DNA from: Candidatus Saccharimonadota bacterium
GTDB lineage: Bacteria > Patescibacteriota > Gracilibacteria > Absconditabacterales > Absconditicoccaceae
DNA: 32,000 nt
Direction of reading: 5' to 3'
NCBI GenBank assembly: GCA_000503875.1
Contig: CP006913.1
Coordinates: forward strand, 480,001 to 512,000
Shown: one piece after another, positions 30,160 to 32,000 of the stretch
Position numbering within the stretch: position 1 is the stretch's first letter
Layout of the letters: every line of letters starts with the position of its first letter
Position numbers and translations under genes: made by a program
The notes under the pieces: generated by a model
Told to the model about the DNA's origin: nothing
Seen by the model: the letters and a program-made list of their open reading frames with translations, nothing else
Databases searched by the model: none

Positions 30160-30843
30160 ATGTCCAAATTAAAACAAATATTTACATATATAAAGAGACT
30201 TTTCCCCGATCCAAAGACTGAATTAATATATAATATGCCATTTCAATTAGTAGTAGCTGTAATATTATCAGCTCAGACAACTGATATACAAGTAAACAAA
30301 GCAACTTCAAATTTATTCAAAAATATATATACTCCCCAAAATATAATACAAATATGACAATCAAAATTAATAAAGTCAATATCGTCAATTAATTACTATA
30401 AGACCAAATGAAAAAATATATTTCTCTTATCTAAGCTTATTGTAGACAGTAAAAAAGTAAAAGATTTATGAATAGAAAAATGGAATACCTACGAGGATAA
30501 AAATAATATATATTTTATACCCAACACAATAGAGGGACTTAAAAAATTGCCTTGAATTTGAGAAAAAACAGCAAAAGTAGTAGCTCATGTATTATTTTGA
30601 GCACCAGTTATTGCAGTAGATACCCATGTTCATAGAGTATGTAATAGATTATGAATAGTTTCAACAAAAACTCCTGAACAAACTTCAAAATTACTTGAAA
30701 ATATTATTCCAAAACAATACAAATCAATTGCTCATCATAGTATAATCCTCTTTTGAAGATATTATTGCACAGCCAAAAAACCCAAATGTGAAACATGCGA
30801 ATTACAAAGCATCTGTAAACGATATCAATCAATTAAAAAGTAA
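30160..30843 (+). CDS. nth: Endonuclease III (DNA glycosylase/AP lyase), 227 aa
   Basis: LVVAVILSAQTTD; HhH motif LPGIGEKTAKVV...DTHVHRV. The Fe-S cluster loop is CTAKKPKCETCELQSIC. Confidence 0.9.
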
Positions 30844-30926
30844 GTCATTGCACTTGTGTCCCATAGAACAAGCATTAAAGTAACAATTCATATATTATAA
30901 AACTTTTTATCAATTATCATATATTT

Positions 30927-31541
30927 ATGAATCTTATTGAACCAAAACGATGACTTGAATTAGTTCTATCTCTTCATCAAGCAATGCTTTCATCGCAACT
31001 ACGAACAGTTCTTACTCCAACACTAGCTGATGTTTTCGTATTCAGTTACCCTATCTATCTAATAGTTCTTTATAGTATAGGACGAATTAAAAAACAGATC
31101 AGTTATAAAGTTGCATCGCTCTGGATTTTTGCCAATGTGGTTGTTACCACTCTGGTAAACATAGGAATCCAAGCACTTGTCCAAAAATCCAGGCCAAATA
31201 TTGTCCTCTGATTAATTGATGAGAAAGTAGAAACTGTTCTTCATAAATTTTTACCTACAAGTAGTTTTCCTTCTGATCATGCTGCAGTTTCTATGAGTAT
31301 AGCAGTAGCAACATTCCTTCGATGAATACAAAAAAAAGACAGGAAATATATCTATTTTTCAATTATCTTATTCGTTTTTAGTTGTATTATGTGTGTATCT
31401 AGAATAGCTACCGCTGTACATCGACCAACAGATATTTTAGGTGGGATTTTGGTAGGGGCCATCATTCCTCTACTTCTTAGCACAAAAAAAATCTCCTCAT
31501 TTGGAGAGAAGATTTCTTTATGGATAGGAAAGAAAATTTAA
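30927..31541 (+). CDS. PAP2-family phosphatase (undecaprenyl-diphosphatase/BcrC-like), 204 aa
   Basis: The three PAP2 motifs are present: KSRP, PSDH and SRIATAVH[CGA]PTD. Multiple TM segments. Confidence 0.8.
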
Positions 31542-31555
31542 TTACTACTAATCAT

Positions 31556-32000
31556 TTAACTAGTTTTTTTCGCTTCATAATCTACTTTCAATTTACTATC
31601 AGCAAACGACACTTTTATAGTATTACTCGTATCATGACTAAATACTAAAATACCATTGTCTACTTTCATTTTAGTCATGTTTTTTATATTATCCAAAACC
31701 TTATCTCATAAGGTTATTTTACTTGCATCTTTTCATTGAAGATATACAAGCATATTTCTGAAATGCATAGGATCTTTTATAAAATCCAGAGTCGCAATAG
31801 TTGTTTCAGTTGTGATAGATTCTAACAACATATTAAAATTACTTTTAATAACTCATTGGCCTTTATCAAAATCAAACAATTGACTCATTGGAGCTAAAAC
31901 ACCTTTCTGATATTTTGATATAGGAGTATCTGTTTCTGAACTATCATATGTATACAAATCATCAATTTTTTTGAATTCATAATTTCCATATTTATCACTC
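31556..32000 (-). CDS. Hypothetical protein, C-terminal 147 codons (5' end lies beyond the window)
   Basis: This is the only minus-strand frame free of TAA/TAG across 31559-31999, with the stop TAA at plus-strand 31556-31558. No motif recognised. Confidence 0.5.

Noticed and set aside
1-32000. Interpreting the many TGA-interrupted, co-linear ORF fragments as pseudogenes or a decaying genome.
   Set aside because: Every interruption is a TGA at a Gly-consensus position. Frames never shift, and TAA/TAG terminate all genes cleanly. Recoding explains the pattern; decay does not.

Overview
This is a visibly AT-rich bacterial chromosome segment that cannot be interpreted under the standard genetic code. 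The supplied ORF track breaks almost every gene at TGA. Reading TGA as Gly (table 25) and CGA (probably also CGG) as Trp resolves it into about 35 tightly packed, intact genes. That double recoding points to a Candidate Phyla Radiation / Patescibacteria lineage of the Absconditabacterales (SR1) / Gracilibacteria type. Housekeeping content: HIT hydrolase, HBD-RNase H, a DEAD-box helicase whose RGG tail is largely TGA-encoded, uppS, dnaN, ftsA-ftsZ, an RNA-methylase-like protein, satP, a DMT transporter, a lipoprotein, a ferric-reductase-like membrane protein, a SufU/IscU-like scaffold, lgt, a resolvase-like protein, nth and a PAP2 phosphatase. Type IV pilus content: a pilin, and pilB-pilC followed by a secreted protein. 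Less ordinary content: an HD(dGTPase-like)-CYTH fusion, a stand-alone OLD-family ATPase/Toprim nuclease, a four-gene membrane/HTH operon, and an AbiEi-like wHTH protein. There is one tRNA, with anticodon CCG on a tRNA-Trp-like body. The most notable result is the in-window evidence for the recoding and for one of its decoding tRNAs. Also of interest are the OLD neighbourhood, the HD-CYTH fusion, and a ~680-bp gene-free region with locally GC/C-rich segments and a perfect 15-bp-stem hairpin. I saw no rRNA, CRISPR array, transposase or integrase. All coordinates come from hand translation. Homology calls rest on recognised motifs, not database searches.
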